From: Octopus sinensis
Taxonomy: Eukaryota
Direction: 5' to 3'
Length of the DNA: 64,000 nucleotides
NCBI RefSeq assembly: GCF_006345805.1
Contig: NC_043012.1
Location: forward strand, 11,594,001 to 11,658,000
A program made the position numbers and the translations under genes. This document shows, piece by piece, positions 53,345 through 64,000 of this stretch. Within the stretch, counting starts at the first letter, position 1; each line of letters opens with the position of its first letter. Below the pieces are notes generated by a model. The model was given only the letters and a program-made list of their open reading frames with translations, did not search any database and was not told the DNA's origin.

Positions 53345-53675
53345 CTTTTATACGTTTCAGCCCGAAGGCTGTGGACATGCTGGGGCACCGCCACTGTAAT
53401 CACCTCTTCAATGGCTAATCTTAAGTGATTAGCTTTTGGTGAAGAAGGGCGTTCGACACTGCTGCCCTCTTTTGCGTCTCCAGTTTTGATATTGGTTCAT
53501 GTGGGACCTTGAACAACAGGAGGTGAAGTTGTTTCTTGAAAACATCTACCCCCACTCCATGAAGATCCCCCAGATGTTTTGGCAAGGTATTAAATACCTG
53601 TGGGCCCTTGAATCACAAGCTGTTGACATGATCCTCACTCTAGATGGGACAACTGGGACTTTTGGAACAGTGCAT
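53345..53675 (-). mobile_element. CR1/L2-type LINE 3' end
   Basis: Reads FKGPQVFNTLPKHL..VDVFKKQLHLLLFKVPHEP; same family as 3355-3606. Confidence 0.7.
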
Positions 53676-53725
53676 CATATATACATACATATATCCATAC
53701 ATACATACATACATACATACATACA

Positions 53726-53757
<32 letters not shown>

Positions 53758-55269
53758 CGAATAACTGTATAGGGGATTGAACGTGATTCATATTTTATTG
53801 AGATTTTATTGACTGTTCAGACTAAATGTTTGCAAAGAGGAAGAAGTGTCCACGATTTGTCAAAAACCAATAATTTGGTCTCTTTAGGTAGGACAACTGA
53901 GTGTGACTGAGGGTGTGCCTCCGGAAATCCTCTCTTGGCAGAGACACCAGTTCTAGCTAATAGGGCAGTCATCCGAGGTGTTACACACGTGACTGGGCAC
54001 GCATTTTGCGATCTCTAGTAAAAAGTTTTTCCACACACAAATTCTGACAAACAGAGGTGCTTCGCCAAGGAAAGCATATAGGCAAAAAAGTAGTCGTACC
54101 TTAAAAAAAATTGCAGAACATGAAATGTACTCTTAAAAACTAAACAAACACAAAATTATCATAATAAATGGAAGAAAGGAATACTTTTCAAAAATAGCGT
54201 TATATTTGAGTTTCTTTGATTTTCTCACTATTCTATAATATTGAACACATTAAAAATCAATTTTGGAAATTATTATAAAGCTACGTAAAGATTAGGTAAG
54301 AAAACCAGAGTAACTTTGTACTTTGGCATAATTAAAATGTGATTAATGTTGAATATTGGTTTCAAATTTTTGAAACAATGCCAGCAATTTCGGGGGAGCG
54401 GGTAAGTCGATTATATCGATTCCAGTGTTCATTTAGTACTTATTTCTTCGACTCCAGAAGGATGAAAGGCAAAACTGACTTCAGTAGCTTTTGAACTCAG
54501 AACGTAAAGACGAATGAGATGTCGCAAAGCATTTTGCCCATCGTGCTAATGAGTCTGCTAACTCGCTGCCTTATCGACGTAGAATATTGGCATATTTTTG
54601 TCATAAAGATAACCATTTCTGTCTCCTCTGCTACGATACATGTTATCATTGTTGCTATTCCTGTCTTAACACAGGAAATGTTGCGTAATCTAACATTGCT
54701 GTAACGTAGCAGCCGTTCTTCTCACATCTGTTTCAACTGACCATTAAAATGGCATCCGAAAACGTTTGATTCCATAAATTATTTACAAGATTTCAAATTT
54801 CTTGGGATTTAAAAAAAAAATTTTGTAGATTAAAAAACGATGAACAAAATAAAAAGTAAAGACATTGCACAATATTCGTTCTAGATTTACAAAACTTCCG
54901 GGAAGTGACTGGGTCCTGGGACTAAACAGCAGCAATAACAAATGTAACATCAACAAGAGCAAGACAAACACTAGCGGCAGCGGCAGCAACAACAACAACA
55001 ACAAGTTATTACAAAAATAACGACAATCTAGCTTCTGCTGCCCTAACCGCTTCATCAGAACTAAAGATAAGGAAACTGAAAATAATCTTTGCGAGATATT
55101 GTCTGCAGATGGAATTGATTGGTTTCAGACGACAGTTATCAGATATATAAAACGGAAGTTAAACACAAGCGTTTTGTTGAGAAATATAAGAGAAAGAGGG
55201 AGAGAGAGAGAGAGAGAGAGAGAAGGAGTGGGTATGTTAGCCAAAGAAGGAAGAAGAGTGAGTGGAAAG

Positions 55270-55310
<41 letters not shown>

Positions 55311-55719
55311 AAGCGAGTGAGAAAGATCTGTCATAAGAATTTATGGAAGAGACAGAGTGTATGTGCGTGTGTGTATGTGTGTGTGAGTGAGTGTGTGTGA
55401 GTGTGTGTGTGTATTTGTGTTTGAGAAAGAGAAAGAGAGAGAGAGAGGTGAGAGAGAGAGAGAAACAGACAGATGCGAAAAAAGAGTACAAAAGTGAGAG
55501 AAAGAGAAAAAGAGAGAGAGAGAGAGGAATGGGGAAAGAGAAAGATCGTGTGCGTGCGTGTGTAAGCCAGAGGAGGAAAAGTGGATGGAGCGAGAGAGAG
55601 TGAGACAGACAAACAGACAGACAGAAAGTGAAAGATCTGCTGTAAAATATAACTTAAGAGAGAAGTATAGAAGAAAGAGAGGGGTGGAGAGACGATGAGA
55701 GGGAGTTAAGAGAGAAATA

Positions 55720-55955
55720 TCTATTTCTTTACTACCCACAAGGGGCTAAACACAAAGAGGACAAACAAGGAGAGACATAGGTATTAAGTCAATTACATCG
55801 ACCCCAGTGCGTATCTGGTACTTATTTAATCGACCCCGAAGGGATGAAAGACAAAGTCGACCTCGGCGGAATTTGAACTCAGAACGTAGTGGCAGACGAA
55901 ATACTGCTGCGCATTTCGCCCGGCGTGCTAACCACTCTGCCAGCTCGCCGCCTTG
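55720..55955 (-). mobile_element. SINE type B
   Basis: Full-length copy. Confidence 0.85.
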
Positions 55956-56094
55956 AAATTTTAATTAATCAAAATTTATTTAATAAAGAATGCTATATGT
56001 AATCAGTAAAACAGTAACAAATGTGGATATATTTGGGTCTGATTAGACCTCGGCTTATCTTGTAATTTACCTACAATCGAAAAAAGATGCTTAC

Positions 56095-58158
56095 CTGATC
56101 AACTATGCTCTCGTCATCATCAATATATTTCTGAAAGTCAACAAGTGGTCTCAGGCCATCATACGTTACATATTCAGAACTGCTACGAGTCTCATTGTCT
56201 TTATGGACAGTTACTGCTAATTGGTATCGACTCCAGGATCGACTTCGTTCAGTGCCGCGATCAAGGGGTAATAATTCTTTGCTCATTGAATTAATTTGGA
56301 TTCTATATGATCTAGGAATACCTTGTTCGGTTCTAAATTTGTCGTTGCTAAAGACTAAATATTTCGGTCTAGAAAAGTCAAATTTGTACGCAGCTTCCTT
56401 TTCTGTAGAAACAAGTTTTCTCCTAAATTTATTTTGATAATAATATTTTTCACCTCCCCATTTTCGGTTGTCAGTTTTATCACCTTCAATATTTAACATT
56501 TCAAATCGATTTTTGATCCCTTTGATGTCTATATCAATTCGGTAATTGAATAAATACTGGTGAATATTTCCGTGTAAGTGTTTATGGAGGTGATTACCGT
56601 AACGTTTTTCATCGCTTTTAGGGTAGGTCCCCATTATATAACCTGTGGGGATGCTACGAACTTCCACTGCCCCGTTCTGGTGGAAAACAAAGTCAAAAAT
56701 ATAATCGCGGTTGATCACAGTTGTGATTGTTCGAAAGACTAAAACATCATCCATCATTCCTGTATAGAATCTTCCAGATCGTTTTGTTGAAGAATGGTGC
56801 CGTCGCAGAGGAATCCCAGTGTTTTGTTCGAAAACACAGATTGAAAATGGGTTCTTTTCAACTATGTCTTTACTTCGTTCAGAAAAATAGTAAGTTGGGA
56901 TCATCAAAGAATGTTCTGGACAATCGGCACCTGGTATCAGACCGTTATTTGTTCTGCCGTACATAGCAAAGCTATCATAATAATTGGCAAGCATTGTTCC
57001 TGGATTTTGTCCTGAATAATGGACAGCTACTTCTTGGAGACTAAGTTCATAGATAATTCGTTCTTCCTGATAGCGTATATTAAATAATTGAGGCCCTGTA
57101 ACTGGGGATAGTCTATAGATAAATTTCCATTTCATATATTCAATTTCTGACCCAACAATCCGGTACCTTTTACCGTCTGGCTCTGTTTGGTAAACACGGC
57201 GTTGACCTGTAGTTGGAAAGGTTTCGCCTCGTAAATTTGCTGTAGAAAATAAGTTTCCATTCTTAACAGGAAATTTCCTCCGCACTTTTTTAACAGATGG
57301 ATCGTTTTGATAACGGTCAACAAATTCTGTGATAGTTTTGAACAGTTGCCCTTCGTACCAAATTGCCTTTATTGAGAAATCCGTCGGATTGTTCCCTGTT
57401 AAATCCAATAAAATATTCATGTCCAAAGGGTAGAGAGAAGAATATTCCATCTGATAGGAAAGCATGATCCACTTCAGTCTTTCTTCGGTTCTGGTAATGG
57501 TAGAAGAAACAGGTGTTGCCAAATAGAATGTCAGGCATCGGGCTCCACAGTTTAACAAAGAAGAACCGTAACTTTCTCTCATTATTCTACCCAAATCTCG
57601 TTCTAATATATAAATAAATCGGTCGTTTTCAACGAGCCACTCTGTCTCGCTAGCAGGTCTAAAAGAAAATGGGACTGTTGTTTGTAAGGTATGCTGTGTC
57701 GGCTCAGGTAGGGGACCAACATTATACTCTTCAACAACAGGTTTTCTTTTGTCTCCACGAAAGATAACAACTTTAGCGTTTCTTTGCGGCTGTCCAGCCC
57801 TACCTTCTAAATAAGCAACAACTTCAGATTTCTTGGGTAACATTAATTCGATATTATTCACGTAACTAACATTAATACTGTTGACTTTCTCTGGATGCAC
57901 GATATTTAAATCGGACTGGTTTTTAACGTAATCGAATACTGAACGTATTTCTTTGGGTGATAAATCCGCAAATATTACAGGTTTCTCTGGATTAGCGATT
58001 ATATAACTGGCAAGACCTTCGTTACACACTTCAGCACGTAATCGCTTTAACTCGATCACTGACAGAATTGAAAATGTCACAAAGCCTACAATTAGGCCAA
58101 GTGTGAAAACAAAGAACACAGAACCGCATAGTTTCCAATTACATTCTTTTTCCGTCAT
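56095..58158 (-). CDS. Copper amine oxidase (AOC/VAP-1-like) homologue, large coding exon (aa 1-688); probable pseudoenzyme
   Basis: An acceptor ttttcag| directly precedes the ATG; the donor is CAG|GTAAGC, phase 0. There is an N-terminal TM anchor and AOC motifs (FADLSPKEI, VGPLP, GPQLFNIRYQEERIIYELSLQE, CVFEQNTGIPLRRH, WSRYQLAVT). The active-site motif reads NRDY instead of NYDY, and HQY instead of HxH. Confidence 0.93.
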
Positions 58159-58729
58159 CTGAAAAACAAAACAAAAAAAAAAACGTTATTCAAGAATATA
58201 GTGTGGAATTGAGTTGATAGTATATCATAAATTCATAGAATATAGGGGATAACCGATTTAATCCCGACTTGGACAAGATTTGAACTCCGAAATAGAAGAA
58301 ACTAAATACATAGAGATATACGCATGCTCAAATGAAGACATATACAATAGAAATACAAAATGGCTGACGGTTAGTAAGGAGAGACACACAAATAAGAAAG
58401 AAGAAAGCAAAGGACCACTGATGCGGTCACAGGAGTGTGACGAAAGAACTCTTGCCGAAATAAGATTAAGATTAATGCAAAAAATAAATAATGCTGAAGC
58501 AAAGTAACACACCAAATATATAGTGCGTGTGTTTTTATTGGCTAAACTGTCAAAATAACCATTCCTAAATACAACAATAAACTAAATACTGTTTAGCATT
58601 TAATCACTTTCTGTCATTTGGCTGCGTCTTTCACATTAAATATTGTAATTTATTCCCTTTGTAATTTATGCAATCACTAAGCCGTGCACCTCCTGTCTGT
58701 CTGTCAATCTATCTCTACACTTCTTCCAT

Positions 58730-59185
58730 TGATGTGCTTGGATTCCGTTGGTGAGGAAGCTTTAATTATGTTGGTCAAAAATGTCAACAGTAGATGACTT
58801 CATCCTCACAGCGACACTGGTTCCCATCCAAGTGTTTTTTCATGTTGGGGAACAGATGATAGTCAGTTGCGGACGAATCAGGAGAATAGGGTCGGTGTTC
58901 AACACAGTTATGCACAGCAACCATTGAAACTAATGGTTTGTATGCTGGAGCATTGTCCTGACGAAACAAGATCCCTTTCGTTCGTTTTTCTTGGAGTTTG
59001 GTCTTGATAGCCTTTCGTAAATGCCTCTGCAAGTTAGTATAGTACTCTCCATTGAAGGCGTGACCTTTTTAGAGATAGGCAATAAACACAATGCCTTTTG
59101 CACCCCACAAATCACCTTCCCTGCAGATGAAATGACCTTGGAGTTCTTTGGAGTAGGTGAGGAGGGGCGTTTCCACTTCATGGAG
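58730..59185 (-). mobile_element. Mariner transposase fragment (pseudogene)
   Basis: Reads WKRPSSPTPK..SAGKV, ILFRQDNAPAY and HRPYSPDSSATDYHLFPNMKKHL; frameshifted. Confidence 0.85.
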
Positions 59186-59189
59186 GTGT

Positions 59190-59750
59190 TTGAAATTGAT
59201 TAGAGGGAGGTGAATAGAGAGGGAGTGAGATGCTGACAGGTTAGTATCCAATAGAGTGGAGTAATATTAACTGCTTTTGGTTGAAGAGGAGAAATGAAAG
59301 AAGGGAAAGAATACCACTTGTGAGGGTGGGGAAGCTATAAAGGAGGTGGGATATAGTGGGTTAGATGAATTTTCAAAGGTAACAATGAGTAGGAATAGCT
59401 TAATGAGAAGGATGATATTAGTTGAGATCTAAGTTGCTTGGCTGACCTTGTCGTACCTCAAGGTTAATTTTAATTAAGGATACTTATAGATATGGGATTA
59501 TATAAATTTAATAAAATGGGCAAATGATGAGTAGAACCTGTGTTTACATGAAAGTATTATATTTGAGAATCTTTTAAGTTAGAGGAGTTGTGGTGTCGAA
59601 GGATGGTTAGCGATTCTCTTAAACATAATTCACACATACCGATGTCTGCATTGTATGGGGAAGCTTCATTTACGATGGTCCAGGATAGGGTATAGGGAAC
59701 ATTTTCAGATTTGAGGTTGTGTATATAAGAACTTTTTTCTCCATCCAAAA
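59190..59750 (-). mobile_element. Penelope-like GIY-YIG C-terminus plus 3' repeat
   Basis: Reads SSYIHNLKSENVPYTLSWTIVNEASPYN..MCELCLRESLTIL. Confidence 0.7.
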
Positions 59751-59952
59751 TCTAAATTATCTACCTCCATAGCAACTTGTATGCATCATGAAAATAAGCG
59801 GGTGAGTAATTAAAAACATAACTGTATAATGTAATATGATGTACTACAGGACGTCAATTGTACGTAAATAGCCCATCTGAAATTTTATTACAATTAATTT
59901 TATGAATATTCATACTGTTTTACATACAGTGCCTTTAGTTTAAGTGACTTAC

Positions 59953-60100
59953 CCAGAAGAGAAGAGCGCCTGTGAACTTATTTTTAGACGGACGGTGTCC
60001 GAAAAGTTCATAGCAGTAACATACATAGCCTGTAGTTTTGTCGTAAGATAATTTACATATTGTGCCTAATACGTCGGCGATAAATTCGCAAGCTTCTTTT
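59953..60100 (-). other. Candidate upstream (5' UTR or N-terminal) exon of the amine oxidase-like gene
   Basis: Strong donor TGG|GTAAGT (GT at 59952-59951) in unique sequence. The large exon begins at an acceptor, so an upstream exon is required. The 5' boundary is unknown. Confidence 0.4.
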
Positions 60101-61124
60101 TTTATTCGTAAATTGGTTACTAAATTACTTAAAGATTTTATCGTCAGAATAATTACACCAGTTAACATTTTGAAAACTTTTATTCGTTGAGCAAATGCGT
60201 CATTAAACATTTATTTAAAGTTTTATTGACAGATTAAGTACGTTGTATTTCTTATCAAAGAAGGATAAATTAAAATACGAAAAATTATTGATGTGAAATG
60301 TATTCAAAATATATAGATGAAAAACAAATCGAAATTTAAATGTGTATTATAATTTGCTTGAAGCCTTGTAATATGTGCAAATGATTTAAATGTTTGAAAA
60401 AGCCTTTCAGCAATGCAAGTGGGAAATTAGGTAGGTTTTGTAAGGAGATCTTGGTAAACATAAACAAAGAGAAATATATTGTAGTACGTTACATAGATTG
60501 TTTAATGAAAATATTTCGGGAAAGATTCCCTTCTTCTAATAAAGGGTAATCAAAGATTTTCAAAATATGCATCGTTACCTGAAGGCATTCCAAGTTTATT
60601 TTTAAAACAAAATTCGAGGAAAGTGTTATTAGAGGATTATTTTAAACTAGAGAAAGAAAAACCATTCTAAAAAAAAGACAAATGAGGAGAAAGAAACTCT
60701 TAACAAATCCTGTATTTCACAAATGGTGGTATGCATTCACAATGTTTTAAATTTTTGTTCTATTAACTTCCTTTTTATATATTTGTTCCTTTTGCAATTC
60801 TTCATTGCCCCCTTTTCAAGATTTTAAAATATTTCCAGTTTGTAAGATGGATTTTTTTGTTGTATTAATCAAGTGGGATACATTCATTCTGCAGATATAA
60901 AAGCAAAACGAAGAATGTATCGACAAGTATTTGGCTTTTCAGGCGATTAACTTGTGATAAAATTACAGGCAATATAATTAAACACAATTAATTAAAAGAA
61001 ATCTTTTAAGAGCAGACACTGGACCCGATTATTTGCAACAGAGTTGACTATGATAAAGGTTTAGATGATAGTATTAAACAGTCAACCACCTAAAAAAGGA
61101 ACAAGATTCCTTCCACACAGTTTC

Positions 61125-61360
61125 TTATTTCTTTACTGCCCATAAGGGGATACACACAGAGGGGACAAACAAGGACAGACAAAGGGATTAAGTTGATTAC
61201 ATCGATCCCAGTGCGTAACTGGTACTTAATTTATCGACCCCGAAAGGATGAAAGGCAAAGTCGACCTCGGCGGAATTTGGACTCAGAACGTAACGGCAGA
61301 AGAAATACTGCTAAGCATTTTGCCCGGCGTGCTAACGTTTCTGCCAGCTCGCCACCTTAA
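61125..61360 (-). mobile_element. SINE type B
   Basis: TSD cacagtttct. Confidence 0.85.
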
Positions 61361-61611
61361 GCACAGTTTCTATCGACCCGATTGATATGCACACGGCTGT
61401 GGTAGATCCGAGGCTATGGTGGAATATACATGTCAAAGGCGTCGCGCAGTGGGATTGAATGGGAAATTCCGTAGTAATGAAACTAACATCGTAACCACAA
61501 AATCCCCTCTACAACAAGTGTGGGGCCTTAGGGAAGGTCTGATCGAGTAAACAGATAACGCAAAGTGTCTCATCCTTCAAAATCTTTTTTTAAGGTATAC
61601 TCAAAGGAGGG

Positions 61612-62118
61612 TGGAGGCGCAATGGCCCAGCGGTTAGGGCAGTGGACTCGCGGTCGTTGGATCGCGGTTTCGATTCCCAGACCGAGCATTGTGAGTGTTT
61701 ATTGAGCGAAAACACCTAAAGCTTCACGAGGCTCTTGCAGGGGTGGGGTGAACCTTGCTGTACTCTTTCACCACAACTTTCCCTCACTCTTTCTTCCTGT
61801 TTCTGTTGTACCTGTATTTCAAAGGGCCAGCCTTGTCTCACTCTGTGTCACGCCGAATCTCCCTAAAAACTACGTTAAGGGTACACGTGTCTGTGGAGTG
61901 CTCAGCCACTTGCACGTTAATAAATGAGCTGCGACGTCACTGGTGCCAAGCTGTATCAGCCTTTGCATTTCCCTAGGATAGCGTCGGTGGCGCGGAGAGG
62001 GGAGGCTGGTATGCATGGGTGATGCTGGTCTTCCAGAAAACAACCATGCCCAGACTTGTGTCTCGGGGGGTAACTTTCTAGGTGCAATCCCATGGTCATT
62101 CATGACTGAAGGGGGTCA
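61612..62118 (+). mobile_element. Chimeric SINE type C (two tails in tandem)
   Basis: The body resembles 29454 and switches at about 61920 to the tail of 1786-2121. Confidence 0.8.
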
Positions 62119-63249
62119 CAGCTCAAAGAAGGACTACTTTACGCGATGATTTTTATTTTGAGAAAAATTAAGGTTTAATCTGAGAGGGATTCCGCTGTTA
62201 ATTCTAGCTGTACAAGCAACCATGTATAGGGTGTACCGTTGGTTTGTTTAGTTTCGGTAGTGTATGAGAATTTGATAACGCTCACTGTGTCTACAGCTGC
62301 AGCCTGGTTCAGCACAATCAAAACCTCACTTGATGATGCTGAATAAATAGGGCCGTCAGTTTACAGCTGAACAGCATCAAGTGCAGACGTGAGACAGTAT
62401 TTTCAGCCCTGTTTTGGAGTGAAATGTTTGATTGTTATTTTAGTGTCACGTGTAACTGTAAATTTTTTCCCCCACTCTATCTTATCTGTTGTACATAAAC
62501 CCCACATTTTCTTGGCTATTTATAATACAGTCTGCCGTTATTTAGACATATGACATTTACAGAAACTTAGTCAGCATACTATGACTTAGTAACCATTGTA
62601 GCCCAGTGGCAAAAAGGAATTGAAGGCAACAGAAATTGGCATGCGGTCTATATTAAAACTATTAAATTGGTCATAACAGTTCCTGTTTAACAATATTAAG
62701 GAAATGATGAGGGCCGAATGAATAAGGCATCATAGCAATCATTTACAAGATGTCGTTCGAGGCAACTAGGAAACCACAGAAATAGCAACCATATTCCATT
62801 CAAAGCACACCATACTAATATAAAAAGGGAATGGCAGAGTGGACAACGTACTCCTGAATAAATTGTCAACAAATAAGATGGGATGGTTATGGGTGGCACG
62901 CTCTGATTATGTATATGCTTTATCAAAACCATCCTGGGTATTAAGAACGGTAGATCAAAAGTTTTGCAGTTCGTATTTCGATACAGTGTGTCTATACATG
63001 AGAGACTTAATTCTCAAATAGCCTAGAGCTCCTGGCTTATGGAGTATATAAAAAACAACACTAACAATAAATTCAACAATGTTAGCAGTAGTACCACTAT
63101 ACTCTTGAGTATTTTGTTAGCTTACAATACTGCTTTCCAATCCAGCTACTGGAAAATTCTAGAGTTTGTTGATGAATTGAGCGCAGTGGGAAAGTTTGAG
63201 GTCAGGCTCACAGGTTTACAGGTTTGATATAGTAACTCGAAGTACAGAG

Positions 63250-63545
63250 TGAAGGTGCGTGTTTTAGTGGTTAGATTATTCGGCCCACGATCGTAAGGTC
63301 CTGAGTTCGATATCCACTTTATTTCGCGCTGCCCCAGTCTGCTCAGTTGGCAAAAATGAGTAGTTTCTGCATTTCAAAGGGCTAGCCTTGCCACATCCTG
63401 TGTCCTGTTGAATATCCCTGAGAACTGCGTTAAGGGTACGCGTGTCTGTGGAGTACTCAGCCACTTGCACGTTAAATTCACGAACAGGCTGTTCCGTTGA
63501 TAGCATCAACTAGAACTGTCGTCGTCGTAACCGACGGAGTACCAG
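63250..63545 (+). mobile_element. SINE type C-related
   Basis: Similarity to 46808-47106. Confidence 0.7.
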
Positions 63546-64000
63546 AAATACTCACGCACAAAGTCAAGTGGGCTTGAATCTATATACAGATTCGCAAAAC
63601 CTTCATGCCGATTCTTGACTAGCTGCTGCTTCCAGCTGTTATTTATTTGTTTAATTCAGTTTCTTTTCAGCGACCACCAAAAGCGCATGCGCTGAATTAC
63701 AGAACGAATAAACTTCTACATGTGTATATGAAACGAGAACTTCACACTCGAACGCGTACTGCACGCTATGCTTCACAGATCGGTACGAATTAAATCCAAT
63801 AGCAAACCAAAGATGACGGAACTGTTACAACCTTCATTCGTCTTCACAGCTGTTGAGTTCAAATAAACTTTATCCGTTAAATCTAGCGTTAAGATCATCT
63901 AGATGGTACTTTGGGTCATTCTCAAGACTTTATAGACTTTGACCTTCCGACTATGGGTAACTTTAACCAAATTAATGTTTCTGACGGCATCGCTCTCGGA

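Noticed and set aside
56071-56094. ORF-track C-terminus VSIFFRL of the 695-aa AOC ORF
   Set aside because: It is read-through into the intron. The donor is at 56094 and the conserved C-terminus lies in exon 49120-48833.
56707-56709. RNA editing restoring the AOC active site
   Set aside because: A-to-I editing reads as A>G and cannot convert CGC to Tyr, TAT to His or CGA to His.

Overview
AT-rich eukaryotic DNA packed with microsatellites and SINEs; the repeat landscape suggests an Octopus genome (inference). There are two convergent protein-coding genes. (1) A complete six-exon follistatin on the + strand (CDS 6485-6560, 29978-30175, 31521-31748, 34956-35180, 36717-36944, 38798-38868; 341 aa; signal peptide, N-domain, three FS/Kazal modules, short tail), with a 23.4 kb first intron. 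(2) A membrane-anchored copper amine oxidase homologue on the - strand (58158-56095 joined to 49120-48833; 783 aa). Its ORF is intact, but the TPQ-precursor Tyr is Arg and two of the three copper-ligand His are replaced (Tyr, Arg), so it is a probable pseudoenzyme. The rest is repeats: three tRNA-derived SINE types, fragments of R4/Dong, Tx1, CR1/L2, Penelope and mariner elements, MITE/foldback elements, a 46-bp minisatellite and several minimal hammerhead-ribozyme motifs, one of which looks intact. Inverted SINE arrays bracket the symmetric FS2 exon of follistatin. Most ORFs in the supplied track are microsatellite artefacts. Exon boundaries were read by hand; repeat boundaries are approximate.
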